The position numbers were made by a program, and so were the translations under genes. From an uncultured Candidatus Saccharibacteria bacterium (lineage in GTDB: Bacteria > Patescibacteriota > Saccharimonadia > Saccharimonadales > JALRHH01), in assembly GCA_964474995.1 (NCBI GenBank), contig CAYYUY010000001.1:18123-82122 (forward strand): a stretch of DNA of 64,000 nucleotides. Reading direction: 5' to 3'. The notes below the pieces were generated by a model, which worked only from the letters and a program-made list of their open reading frames with translations, made no database searches and had not been told where the DNA came from. This document shows positions 35,544 to 44,911 of the stretch, in pieces (position 1 is the first letter of the stretch; the number at the start of each line of letters is the position of its first letter).

Positions 35544-36575
35544 ATGGATTATCAAAACCAGAAAATTGCCGATACTGCCGCACAGCTACGAGACCGTGCC
35601 GGTTCATTGAAAGACAAAGCCGAAATCCTGCGGGCTATTGAGCTCAAAGCACTCTACGCCGAGATTCCAACTTTGCCACCCGAAGAACGTGGAGCATTCG
35701 GTAAAGAAATGAATCAATTACGTGCCGAACTTGAGCAAATTGTTGCCGATGCCAAGGATGCCGAAAACGCGTTGCCGCCGATTGATGTGACGGCGCCATT
35801 TGATACCAATACGTCCATTAAGCCTTATTTGTTGCCAAGCGAGCAGGGTAGTCGTCATCCATTGATGACTGAGCTTGATGCCGTACTGGATATTTTTTAT
35901 CGCATGGGCTTTACGGCTGTTGAATCACGACAAATCGATGACGATTACCATATGTTCGAGACGTTAAACTTCCCAGCTGATCACCCAGCTCGTGACGATT
36001 ACGATACCTTTATGACCGAAGAGGGCTTGATTGCGCCAGCTCAGACTAGCACCATGCAACACCGCGTACTACTGGCGGGCAAAGACGCACTTGAAAAAGG
36101 CGAAGCTATTCGTGTAGTTGTACCAGGCCGTGTGTTCCGTAATGAAGACCTCGATGCCCGTCACGAACACACCTTTTACCAGCTTGAAGGTGTGTATGTC
36201 GATAAGGGTATTAATGCAGGTAACTTGATTGCCACCCTCAAAACATTTCTTCAGGAGTACTACCAAAAAGAACTCGAAGTTAAAACACAGCCGTTTTACT
36301 TCCCATTTACTGAACCGTCATTTGAGTTTGCGTTGAGCTGTCCATTCTGTGAAAAGAAGGGCTGTAATATCTGTTCGCAGAGTGGCTGGATCGAGTTACT
36401 TGGTTGTGGCATGATCCATCCGAATGTTCTCAAGATGGCCGGCATTGACCCTGCTATATACACTGGTTTTGCCTGGGGTGGTGGTGTTGAGCGCCTGGTC
36501 ATGATGAAAAATAACATCGAAGACATTCGTCATTTTGAATCTGGAAAACTCGAATTTTTGAGGCAATTCAAATGA
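35544..36575 (+). CDS. pheS: Phenylalanine--tRNA ligase alpha subunit
   Basis: Class II motifs (FPADHPARD, VPGRVFRNE, GFAWGGGVERLVM). Confidence 0.93.
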   Translation: MDYQNQKIADTAAQLRDRAGSLKDKAEILRAIELKALYAEIPTLPPEERGAFGKEMNQLRAELEQIVADAKDAENALPPIDVTAPFDTNTSIKPYLLPSEQGSRHPLMTELDAVLDIFYRMGFTAVESRQIDDDYHMFETLNFPADHPARDDYDTFMTEEGLIAPAQTSTMQHRVLLAGKDALEKGEAIRVVVPGRVFRNEDLDARHEHTFYQLEGVYVDKGINAGNLIATLKTFLQEYYQKELEVKTQPFYFPFTEPSFEFALSCPFCEKKGCNICSQSGWIELLGCGMIHPNVLKMAGIDPAIYTGFAWGGGVERLVMMKNNIEDIRHFESGKLEFLRQFK

Positions 36576-36892
36576 GCGATCTAGCTTCGCTGCAGCAACG
36601 AGCTCTAGAAATTCGACAGCGTTATAACGAGCTCAATAAGAAGGACGGCCATGGCGCTTGGGGTCCAAAAGATTATGCTATGGGATTTGCGGGTGATTTT
36701 GGTGATCTGATGAAACTCGTTATGGCCAAAGAAAACATGCGTCATATTGATGATGTCGATACAAAGTTGAAGCATGAACTAGCAGATTGTCTGTGGTCTG
36801 TTTTGGTTCTCGCAGAACACTATAAAATAGATCTTGATTCAGAATTTTTGAATACAATGAATGAACTTGATACGAGGATTGCAGCTTCATGA
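36572..36892 (+). CDS. MazG-like all-alpha NTP pyrophosphohydrolase family protein
   Basis: About 106 aa with a helical pattern (FAGDFGDLMKLV ... KHELADCLWSVLVLAEHYKIDL) resembling MazG-like/dimeric-dUTPase-fold proteins. ATGA overlaps with both pheS and pheT. Confidence 0.6.
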   Translation: MSDLASLQQRALEIRQRYNELNKKDGHGAWGPKDYAMGFAGDFGDLMKLVMAKENMRHIDDVDTKLKHELADCLWSVLVLAEHYKIDLDSEFLNTMNELDTRIAAS

Positions 36893-39393
36893 AAATTAGT
36901 CTGAATTGGTTGAAGCAGTTTACTGATGTTGATATCTCGGCCGATGAGCTCGTCGAAAAGATTGGTGCGCAGTTAGGTGCTGTCGAAGAAGTTATTGATC
37001 TTGGAAAAAAATACCAAGGAGTTGTAGTTGCTCGTGTGGTGTCATGCGAAAAGCACGCCAATGCCGACAAATTATCTGTCTGCTGGGTTGATGATGGCGG
37101 CGTGACACAAGGTGTTGAACGAAACGAACAAGGCTACGTACAAGTAGTTTGTGGTGCGCCAAATGTCCGCGAGGGCATTCTTGTAGCGTGGTTACCACCA
37201 GGGTCAACTGTGCCAAGTACTGTCGACAAAGATCCATTTGTGCTTGGCGCCCGTGAACTTCGTGGTGTGATGAGCAACGGAATGCTTGCAAGTGCTAGTG
37301 AACTTGCAATCAGCGAAGACCACAATGGTATCGTTGAAGTCGATATCGAAGCAGCACCAGGCACGGCATTTGCTGATGTCTACGGCCTCAATGACATTAT
37401 TGTTGATATAGAAAACAAGATGTTCACGCATCGTCCTGACTGTTTTGGCATCCTTGGTGTGGCACGTGAAGTCGCAGGTATTCAGCACAAACAGTTTGTA
37501 AGCCCCGAATGGTATACGCGTCCGCTCGACCGCATTAAGCCAGGGCACACCAAGCTGCCGCTGGTTGTAAAGAATGAGGCTGGAGACTCGGTCCCGAGAT
37601 TCATGGCAATCGCTATGGCTGACGTAACCATCAAGCCAAGTCCAATTACGGTGCAAACCTATTTGAACCGCGTTGGTATCCGACCGATCAATAATATTGT
37701 CGATACCACGAATTACCTTATGTTCCTGACTGGCCAGCCACTGCATGCCTACGACTACGACAAGGTAAAGGCCAGAAGTGGCGAGACGCCGACACTTGTT
37801 TCGCGGCTTGCTTCAGATGAAGGCGAAGCCCTTAATCTGCTAAACGGCAAGACAGTAAAACTTCAAAATCCCACAATTGTTATTTCAACTGACAAAGAGG
37901 CCGTAGCTGTTGGTGGCGTTATGGGCGGTGCTGATACGGAAGTCGATGAAAACACCAAAAATATCATTATCGAATGTGCCAACTTCAATATGTACTCAAT
38001 CCGCAAAACCAGCATGAAGCACGGCTTGTTTACCGAAGGAGTCACTCGGTTCAATAAAGGCCAAAGCCCACTACAAAATGACCGTGTCCTCGAAGAAGCC
38101 GTGGCTATGGTGCAGTCACTTAGTGGCGCACATGTTGCGAGTGATGTGTATGATATCCGCGAAGCGCAAGGTGACCGATTGTCAGTTCGTGTCAGTACTG
38201 AATTTATCAATGTGCGTCTAGGCCTCCAGCTTGAGACAAAAGAAGTTGCATCCCTGCTTCGAAATGTAGAATTTGATATTCACGAAGGTGATAACGAGAT
38301 TGTAGCCGTACCACCATTCTGGCGAACGGATATCGAGATTGCTGAGGACATCGTCGAGGAGGTTGGCCGACTGTATGGGTTTGATTATCTGCCGCTAAAA
38401 CTACCAACACGTGATCTCACGCCAGCAGCAAAGAGTAGTGAGCTCGAGCTCAAAAAAACTATCCGAAATATTCTGAGCACTGCCGGTGCCAATGAAGTGC
38501 TGACCTACAGCTTTGTACATGGCAACATCCTCGACAAAGTTGGCCAAGATCAAAACGAAGCCTACAAGTTGAGTAACGCTATCAGCCCAGACTTGCAGTA
38601 TTACCGCATGAGTTTGATCCCAGGCTTACTTGATAAAGTGCATGCCAACATCAAGGCTGGTTATGATGAATTTGTACTATTTGAGATCAACAAAGCACAC
38701 ACCAAAACTCGCATGGATAAAGTAGAAACCGAGCTGCCAAAAGAATATACCAATGTCAGCCTTGTCTATACTGCGAACGACAAGACCGTTGCCAAAGGCC
38801 AGGGTGCAGCGTACTACCAAGCCCAGAAATACCTCACGCTACTGACTGACGCACTTGGTATAGAAGTTGAATATCTGGCGATTGATGATGAGCCAAAATT
38901 TGCGGGCGCTAAACCATTCGATGTGAAGCGAACCGCCCGGGTCAAGATTCGTGGTACCGATATGATCATTGGTGTTGTTGGTGAATATAGTCGAAAAGTC
39001 CAAACTGGCTTCAAGTTGCCAGTCAACACAGCCGGCTTTGAAATCGACTTTGACCAACTGCTCAAACACCAAAGTCAGAGCTCGCGTTACGTGGCGTTGC
39101 CACGATTCCCGAAAGTATCGCAAGATATCTCTCTTCGAGTCAGTACCAACTATTCATATCAGACTGTTTTCGATGCCCTCGAGAAGGCGCTTAAGTCATC
39201 GCAGCCAGATAAAGTTCGTGCTACGCTCACACCACTTGATATCTACCAGAAGCACGCCGAAGACAGCCGAAGCCTGACGTTTCGCTACACTGTTTCGTCA
39301 TACGCCCGTACACTGACGGCGGAAGAGGTGAATACGCTGCTTGATATGGCCGCAGCTGGTCTTCAAAGTACAATCGGCGCCGAACGCATCTAA
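36889..39393 (+). CDS. pheT: Phenylalanine--tRNA ligase beta subunit
   Basis: N-terminal tRNA-binding domain (MKISLNWLKQF ... VVCGAPNV), then B3/4, B5 and FDX-ACB regions. 834 aa. Confidence 0.93.
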   Translation: MKISLNWLKQFTDVDISADELVEKIGAQLGAVEEVIDLGKKYQGVVVARVVSCEKHANADKLSVCWVDDGGVTQGVERNEQGYVQVVCGAPNVREGILVAWLPPGSTVPSTVDKDPFVLGARELRGVMSNGMLASASELAISEDHNGIVEVDIEAAPGTAFADVYGLNDIIVDIENKMFTHRPDCFGILGVAREVAGIQHKQFVSPEWYTRPLDRIKPGHTKLPLVVKNEAGDSVPRFMAIAMADVTIKPSPITVQTYLNRVGIRPINNIVDTTNYLMFLTGQPLHAYDYDKVKARSGETPTLVSRLASDEGEALNLLNGKTVKLQNPTIVISTDKEAVAVGGVMGGADTEVDENTKNIIIECANFNMYSIRKTSMKHGLFTEGVTRFNKGQSPLQNDRVLEEAVAMVQSLSGAHVASDVYDIREAQGDRLSVRVSTEFINVRLGLQLETKEVASLLRNVEFDIHEGDNEIVAVPPFWRTDIEIAEDIVEEVGRLYGFDYLPLKLPTRDLTPAAKSSELELKKTIRNILSTAGANEVLTYSFVHGNILDKVGQDQNEAYKLSNAISPDLQYYRMSLIPGLLDKVHANIKAGYDEFVLFEINKAHTKTRMDKVETELPKEYTNVSLVYTANDKTVAKGQGAAYYQAQKYLTLLTDALGIEVEYLAIDDEPKFAGAKPFDVKRTARVKIRGTDMIIGVVGEYSRKVQTGFKLPVNTAGFEIDFDQLLKHQSQSSRYVALPRFPKVSQDISLRVSTNYSYQTVFDALEKALKSSQPDKVRATLTPLDIYQKHAEDSRSLTFRYTVSSYARTLTAEEVNTLLDMAAAGLQSTIGAERI

Positions 39394-39456
39394 ACAGTTT
39401 TGCAGGTGGTTCATAGTCAAAAGTTTTGGTACCATGTATGCAAATAGGGGACCCAT

Positions 39457-42324
39457 ATGACTTTGAAACGAAAAGCGTCAAAAAAAGCTAAACTTGCTGT
39501 GCCGCAAGATAGGCTGCTTCCTAAATTGACGATGGCGTTCTTTCGTCGACCCAAGTTAACGGCTGCTATATGGTTTGTGATTGTGGCGTTTGGTATCACG
39601 AGCTACACGACGCTGCTACGACGTGAAGGCTTCCCACCGATCAACATACCTGTGGCCATTGTGAATGGTACGTATATCGTTAATGATGCAAGCAAAGTCG
39701 ACCGTGAACTTGCACGTCCAATTTCTGATATCGCGCTCAAGCAAGACGGTGTCAGTACTATTCAAGCTCAGAGTGCTGATAACTTCGTCAGCATTATCAT
39801 TCAATACAAAGAAGGTACCGATGGCAAGCAAGCAGTAAAGAAGCTGCAGCAAGCAGTTCAGGCCGATAAAAATATACCAGCGACCGCAGGGCTACACTAT
39901 GATGCGCCGTACTTTGGTGCAACCGGGGCTTCAACGCAAAAAATTGATGCCGCATTGTCGTTCTATAAAAATACTGGCGATGACAGCGCCAAAGACCTTA
40001 CTGCTCAGGCTACTGCTGCCGTTGCATACTTGAACCAGCACAAGCCGGCACTTGTTGATAAATTCTTTGTACAGCAGCCATTTGAGACAGCGACGAATCC
40101 TGCAACTGGCCAGCCGCAAGATTTGCAGAAGACATTTGACTACTACGGCGCACGTGAGAACGGCAAGACAACATTCTCCAAGTCAGTCATCATCGGCGTC
40201 ACGGCAATTAAGAACGTCGACGTCATTAAGCTTGATAAGCAGCTTGCCGAAGTCCAGGCAGGTTTGCACAAGCAACCACAATTCGCAGGCTACAGTACTA
40301 GTATTAGTGCAAGCTTTGCACCATCAATTCAAGAAAGCATCACTGAGCTGCAGCGTGTGCTACTCGAAGGGCTTCTGGCAGTGCTAGTGATTGGCTCTAT
40401 CGTTATTGCCGTTCGCGCATCATTTATCACCGTCATCTCAATGGTTACGGTGCTGGCTACGGTCATCGGGCTGCTGTACCTCACAGGTTATACGCTCAAC
40501 GTGATTACGCTCTTTGCACTGATCCTCGGCTTGTCACTTATTGTTGACGACACCATTATTATGGTTGAGGCGATTGATGCAGCAAGGCGGCGAAATAAAA
40601 CACCACGCGAAGCAGTACAGCAGGCCGTACGTAAGATTAGTCGTGCCATGGTGGCTGCGACCAGTACGGCAGCACTGAGCTTCTTGCCACTGGCATTTGT
40701 TGGCGGCGTACTAGGTAGCTTTATCCGAGCGATTCCAATCACGATCATCACCGCACTCGTTGTCAGCTTGTTTACGGCACTTATATTTATCCCATTATTT
40801 GCAAGATTCTTACTGCTTGGCAAAAAACAAATGGGTGAAACTGGCGTCAAAGAGTTTGCCGCAGGCTTTGAAGCCAAGATTGCACATGGCCTGACTTGGC
40901 CAATGCATTGGGCAAGAGGTTCACAGAAGAAGTTGTGGCTTGTCGGACTGACAGCCGTGTTTATCGGTGTACTATTCATCGGTTCTGCAGGTGCAATCTT
41001 TAGCAAGGTTACATTTAATCTCTTCCCACCAAGTAAAGACACCAACCAACTATCAGTGATGATGACATTGCCTCCTGGTACGACCATTGAGTCTGCGCAA
41101 GAAATTTCGCAGCGAGCTGACAAGATTGTATCGAGTACCGTTGGCAAAGAATTCAAGGTCGCTACGTACTATGGTTTGGCAAATGCACAGACGGCAAATA
41201 TGGTTGTTGATCTGACGCCATACGGTGAACGACAGCCAACAGCCAAACAATTGTCGACGGAACTGCAGGACAACCTGACCAAAGAACTGAAAGGCGTCGT
41301 TGTTGGTGTTTCACCACTGGATGTTGGTCCTCCGGCAGCAGCATTTAATGTGCAGATCAAGACCGAAAATCGTGATCAGGGTTACCGTTTGGCATCAGAT
41401 GTAGCAGATTATATGAAACATGCTGAATTGATACGTACAAGTGGCAAAAAAGCTCACTACACTAATGTGACTATCTCAAGCCAGAGCACTATTGTCCGTG
41501 CTGATGGTAAGCAAGTCATTCAAGTATCTGCTGGTTTTGACGGTGACGATACGACAACGCTCGTTAACCTTGCTCAGACTGACACCAAAAAAGCCTTTCC
41601 AGAAACAAAGGTTGCAAGTTATGGCCTTGATAAAGCAGCTCTTGGGTTTGACCTTGGGCAGGAAGCCGACAACCAAGAGTCATTCAAGGGGCTCGTATTG
41701 GCGTTCCCAATTGTCCTGGCAGTAATTTTTGTGCTCCTTACGATTGAATTCCGGTCACTATTACAGCCACTGCTAATCTTTATGGCGATTCCATTTAGCC
41801 TGTTTGGTGTCACACTTGGACTGTTTCTGACACACAACGCCTTTAGCTTCTTCTGTGCCATGGGCTTCTTTGCGCTCATCGGCCTGAGCATTAAGAATAC
41901 TATTCTGGTGGTGGACTATGCCAATCAAGCCCGGCGTTCGGGTATGGGCGCTATTGATGCGGCAACCGCTGCTATCGAGGAGCGATTCCGTCCATTGGTG
42001 GCTACGAGTTTGACAGCAGTATTCTCGCTCATCCCGCTCGCCTTAACCAGCCCATTCTGGCAGGGGCTGGCAGTAGTACTTATCGGTGGGTTGCTATCAA
42101 GTACCTTCTTAGTCGTCACAGTATTCCCTTACTATTACCTCGGAGGCGAATATCTTCGCATGCACGTGAGCCGGACACAGTTCTTTATATGGGCGGTGCC
42201 AACGATAGTGGTCATCTACTTAGTGTCAAAGGCAAGTGATGCCAAAACAGGCCTGGGCGTTGGTCTGATCTTTGCGATCGCATGGCCAATTATTCGCAAA
42301 CAAATCATGAGGAGGGCAGCGTAA
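39457..42324 (+). CDS. RND-superfamily efflux transporter permease (AcrB/HAE-like, 955 aa)
   Basis: A 12-TM, two-large-loop architecture with a duplicated TM core (LSLIVDDTIIMVEAI and GLSIKNTILVVDYA). Confidence 0.83.
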   Translation: MTLKRKASKKAKLAVPQDRLLPKLTMAFFRRPKLTAAIWFVIVAFGITSYTTLLRREGFPPINIPVAIVNGTYIVNDASKVDRELARPISDIALKQDGVSTIQAQSADNFVSIIIQYKEGTDGKQAVKKLQQAVQADKNIPATAGLHYDAPYFGATGASTQKIDAALSFYKNTGDDSAKDLTAQATAAVAYLNQHKPALVDKFFVQQPFETATNPATGQPQDLQKTFDYYGARENGKTTFSKSVIIGVTAIKNVDVIKLDKQLAEVQAGLHKQPQFAGYSTSISASFAPSIQESITELQRVLLEGLLAVLVIGSIVIAVRASFITVISMVTVLATVIGLLYLTGYTLNVITLFALILGLSLIVDDTIIMVEAIDAARRRNKTPREAVQQAVRKISRAMVAATSTAALSFLPLAFVGGVLGSFIRAIPITIITALVVSLFTALIFIPLFARFLLLGKKQMGETGVKEFAAGFEAKIAHGLTWPMHWARGSQKKLWLVGLTAVFIGVLFIGSAGAIFSKVTFNLFPPSKDTNQLSVMMTLPPGTTIESAQEISQRADKIVSSTVGKEFKVATYYGLANAQTANMVVDLTPYGERQPTAKQLSTELQDNLTKELKGVVVGVSPLDVGPPAAAFNVQIKTENRDQGYRLASDVADYMKHAELIRTSGKKAHYTNVTISSQSTIVRADGKQVIQVSAGFDGDDTTTLVNLAQTDTKKAFPETKVASYGLDKAALGFDLGQEADNQESFKGLVLAFPIVLAVIFVLLTIEFRSLLQPLLIFMAIPFSLFGVTLGLFLTHNAFSFFCAMGFFALIGLSIKNTILVVDYANQARRSGMGAIDAATAAIEERFRPLVATSLTAVFSLIPLALTSPFWQGLAVVLIGGLLSSTFLVVTVFPYYYLGGEYLRMHVSRTQFFIWAVPTIVVIYLVSKASDAKTGLGVGLIFAIAWPIIRKQIMRRAA

Positions 42325-42764
42325 TGCGCCGAGCTGTTCGGGCTATCGTCGTCAAAGACGGTCAATTGTTAGTGATGCATCGGAATAAATTTGGCAAAGA
42401 ATATGACACATTGCCGGGCGGTAACATCGAGATTGGTGAGACGCCAGAGCAAGCACTGCTTCGTGAAATCGATGAAGAAACATGTTTGGCCATCGCTAAC
42501 CCGGTGCTGACGTTTGTTGAAGAAGCAGGAGACCCATACGGTACACAGTATGTGTATCGTTGCCAGTACGTCTCTGGCGAGCCAGTGCTTCGTGAGGATA
42601 GTGAAGAGGCGTTGATCAATAAGCTTGGTCAAAATCTATACGAGCCTCGCTGGGTGCCACTTACCGAGCTGCCAGATAGGCCATTTGTTTCTGAAAAGCT
42701 CAAAGCGGCAGTTATTGCAGGTGCCCAAAATGGTTTTCCTGAGACACCTGTCGAAATCCGCTAG
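42324..42764 (+). CDS. NUDIX hydrolase
   Basis: Nudix box GGNIEIGETPEQALLREIDEETC. ATG 42324 shares one base with the RND stop (TAATG) and follows GAGGAGGG. The track start at 42282 is an extension inside the RND gene. Confidence 0.85.
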   Translation: MRRAVRAIVVKDGQLLVMHRNKFGKEYDTLPGGNIEIGETPEQALLREIDEETCLAIANPVLTFVEEAGDPYGTQYVYRCQYVSGEPVLREDSEEALINKLGQNLYEPRWVPLTELPDRPFVSEKLKAAVIAGAQNGFPETPVEIR

Positions 42765-42821
42765 AAGTTCGTAGGCAGCCGCGGTATACTTGATACATAA
42801 ATTAGTGAGAGAGGGTATTTC

Positions 42822-43376
42822 ATGAGTTCAACACGACTTCATCAGCGTGTTTTTGCGATGGTGTTCGCACTACTATTTCTAGCGACAGCACTTGCCGGTG
42901 GTGCAGTCGTTGTCTGGCAAATTCATCAAGATGGCAAGAAGACACCGGTAGCTCAATCGAGTTCAACAACAGATACAACTAAACAAGGAGAAACTACATT
43001 GCAAGGAACTAAACTCAGCAACTTCGAACCAATTGCCAAAATTGACAAGCTTACATCTATCGACACAGTCGTCGGTACCGGCGAAGAAGTCAAAGCTGGC
43101 GCATCTGTAACTGCTCACTATACTGGCGCAGTTGCCGCAACTGGCATCATCTTCCAGAGCTCACACGATGGTGCAAACCAGCCAATTCCATTCTCGCTCA
43201 ACGGCGTGATCCAGGGTTGGACTGAAGGCGTACCCGGCATGAAAGTTGGTGGTACTCGTCGCTTGCTCATCCCGGCTGCACAGGCATATGGTGCAAATCC
43301 ACCTGCAGGTTCTGGCATCCCAGCAAACGCTGACCTCGTATTCGATATTGAGCTAACAGCGGTCCAAAATAACTAA
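42822..43376 (+). CDS. FKBP-type peptidyl-prolyl cis-trans isomerase, membrane-anchored/secreted
   Basis: N-terminal TM or signal segment, then the FKBP core (VTAHYTG ... FSLNGVIQGWTEGVPGMKVGGTRRLLIPAAQAYG). Confidence 0.88.
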   Translation: MSSTRLHQRVFAMVFALLFLATALAGGAVVVWQIHQDGKKTPVAQSSSTTDTTKQGETTLQGTKLSNFEPIAKIDKLTSIDTVVGTGEEVKAGASVTAHYTGAVAATGIIFQSSHDGANQPIPFSLNGVIQGWTEGVPGMKVGGTRRLLIPAAQAYGANPPAGSGIPANADLVFDIELTAVQNN

Positions 43377-43470
43377 AAAACACAACATATAGCGTATTGC
43401 ATAAACACTATGACGCTATATATAATATAGGTAGCCAAAAACAATAAACAATTAGAAAGAGGTACGTATC

Positions 43471-43719
43471 ATGGCTAAGGACATCACAATCTTCACCACC
43501 AACACATGCAGCTACTGTGTGATGGTCAAAAAGTATTTGACGGCAAAAGGCCACAACTACCAAGAAGTGAACCTTGATACGAACCCTGAGCGTCAGCAAG
43601 AAGCCTACTCACTGAGCGGTGCCTTCACGGTGCCAGTAACGGTTGTAACCAAAGAAGATGACTCACGAGAAGTTATTGTCGGTTATAACCTCGCTAAACT
43701 TGCCCCCGCAGTGGCGTAA
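43471..43719 (+). CDS. Glutaredoxin-like / NrdH-type redoxin
   Basis: 82 aa, thioredoxin fold with a CSYC active site and a TVPV cis-Pro motif. AAAGAGG SD. Confidence 0.8.
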   Translation: MAKDITIFTTNTCSYCVMVKKYLTAKGHNYQEVNLDTNPERQQEAYSLSGAFTVPVTVVTKEDDSREVIVGYNLAKLAPAVA

Positions 43720-43725
43720 AACCTG

Positions 43726-43829
43726 TTTCTGGTACGCATTACGGCGTTGACAGCTCCGTTACTCGCGCACCGTATCGAAATACGGCTTGCTCCGTTACTC
43801 ACCGTCGCCTTGTACTGCATCACCAGAAA
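43726..43829 (+). other. About 104-nt structured intercistronic element (long imperfect hairpin with an internal 12-nt direct repeat)
   Basis: UUUCUGGU (43726-43733) pairs perfectly with ACCAGAAA (43822-43829). The stem continues imperfectly to 43746/43806. Central hairpin CCGUAU-CGAA-AUACGG (43770-43785). GCTCCGTTACTC is repeated at 43753 and 43789. Confidence 0.45.
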
Positions 43830-43859
43830 AAGCTTTTAAAAGGAATATTGGATAAACAA

Positions 43860-44813
43860 ATGACTGATACAACTACCCCTGAAACCCACGATGTTTTGAT
43901 CGTTGGCGCCGGCCCTGCAGCATTGGCTGCGGCAATTTATACTACCCGTGAAGATATCGAGACGGTACTGTATGAAAAAGGTGTTATTGGCGGTCTTGCG
44001 GCCATCACAGACCTGATAGATAACTATCCTGGGTTTGCAAAGGGTGTTGCTGGTCTTGAGCTTGCTGATAGCTTACAGCAGCAAGCAGAACGCTTTGGGG
44101 CAGATATTCGCCTCGGTGAGGTGTTGAGTATCAAGGACGAGGGTGAATTCAAGCGCGTCGCTACAACTGATGGTGATATCCTTGCTCGTGCAGTACTGAT
44201 CTCGACCGGCAGTGATTACAAGAAATTGGGAATTCCTGGCGAAGTCGAATACTACGCTCGTGGCGTGCACTACTGCGCAACTTGTGACGGTGCATTTTAC
44301 CGCGACAAGCGCATTGTTGTCGTTGGTGGTGGTAACTCAGCGGTTCAGGAGGCAATCTTTCTGACACGCTTTACGACACATATTGATTTGATGGTTCGAA
44401 GCGACAAAATGCGTGCCTCTGAAGTATTACAGCAAGAGCTCAAAGAACTGTCGGACAAAATTACAGTTCACTATAATGTCACACCAAAAGAAATTGTCGG
44501 TGAGGACAAGTTCGTAACCAGTTTTGTTGGGACAGACACCCTTACTGGCGAGGTCCGCGAATTTAAGACAGATGGTGTATTTATCTTTATTGGTCTGTTG
44601 CCAAACACGCAATTCCTCAAAGATAGCGCTATTGAGCTTGATGAAGTCGGTATGGTCAAAACTGATGACCACCTCCACACAACCGTTCCAGGTGTCTTTG
44701 CCGCCGGTGATGTCCGTTCTGGCGCTACGATGCAGATTGCCAGTGCGACTGGTGAAGGCGCAACGGCAGCACTTAAGATTCGTGAATTTCTTGAAGGCCG
44801 GCCACTTTTATAA
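43860..44813 (+). CDS. trxB: Thioredoxin-disulfide reductase
   Basis: VLIVGAGPAA FAD fold, redox-active CATCDG and the NADPH fold VVGGGNSAVQEA. The start could instead be TTG 43848. Confidence 0.92.
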   Translation: MTDTTTPETHDVLIVGAGPAALAAAIYTTREDIETVLYEKGVIGGLAAITDLIDNYPGFAKGVAGLELADSLQQQAERFGADIRLGEVLSIKDEGEFKRVATTDGDILARAVLISTGSDYKKLGIPGEVEYYARGVHYCATCDGAFYRDKRIVVVGGGNSAVQEAIFLTRFTTHIDLMVRSDKMRASEVLQQELKELSDKITVHYNVTPKEIVGEDKFVTSFVGTDTLTGEVREFKTDGVFIFIGLLPNTQFLKDSAIELDEVGMVKTDDHLHTTVPGVFAAGDVRSGATMQIASATGEGATAALKIREFLEGRPLL

Positions 44814-44911
44814 TCCAGCAAATTCTCAGCTTACTACGTGATACTACACATTGATTTGATGTGAGAATTATCACGGCGTATAAAGTCTTATCGGCGTAAG
44901 CTATACAGACT

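Noticed and set aside
40488-41156. A 222-aa minus-strand ORF, and other antisense ORFs of 100-200 aa (37204-37746, 35051-35641, 23643-24020, 47662-48042, 51588-51962, 61997-62404)
   Set aside because: All are embedded opposite or out of frame within strongly supported genes (RND pump, pheT, yajQ, typA, gap, fba, gatB). Their low-complexity or Cys/Arg/Ser-rich translations are typical of non-coding frames.
43747-43752. A perfect TTGACA -35 hexamer inside the grx-trxB element
   Set aside because: No acceptable -10 lies 16-18 nt downstream (CCGTAT/CGTATC). It is more likely part of the RNA structure.
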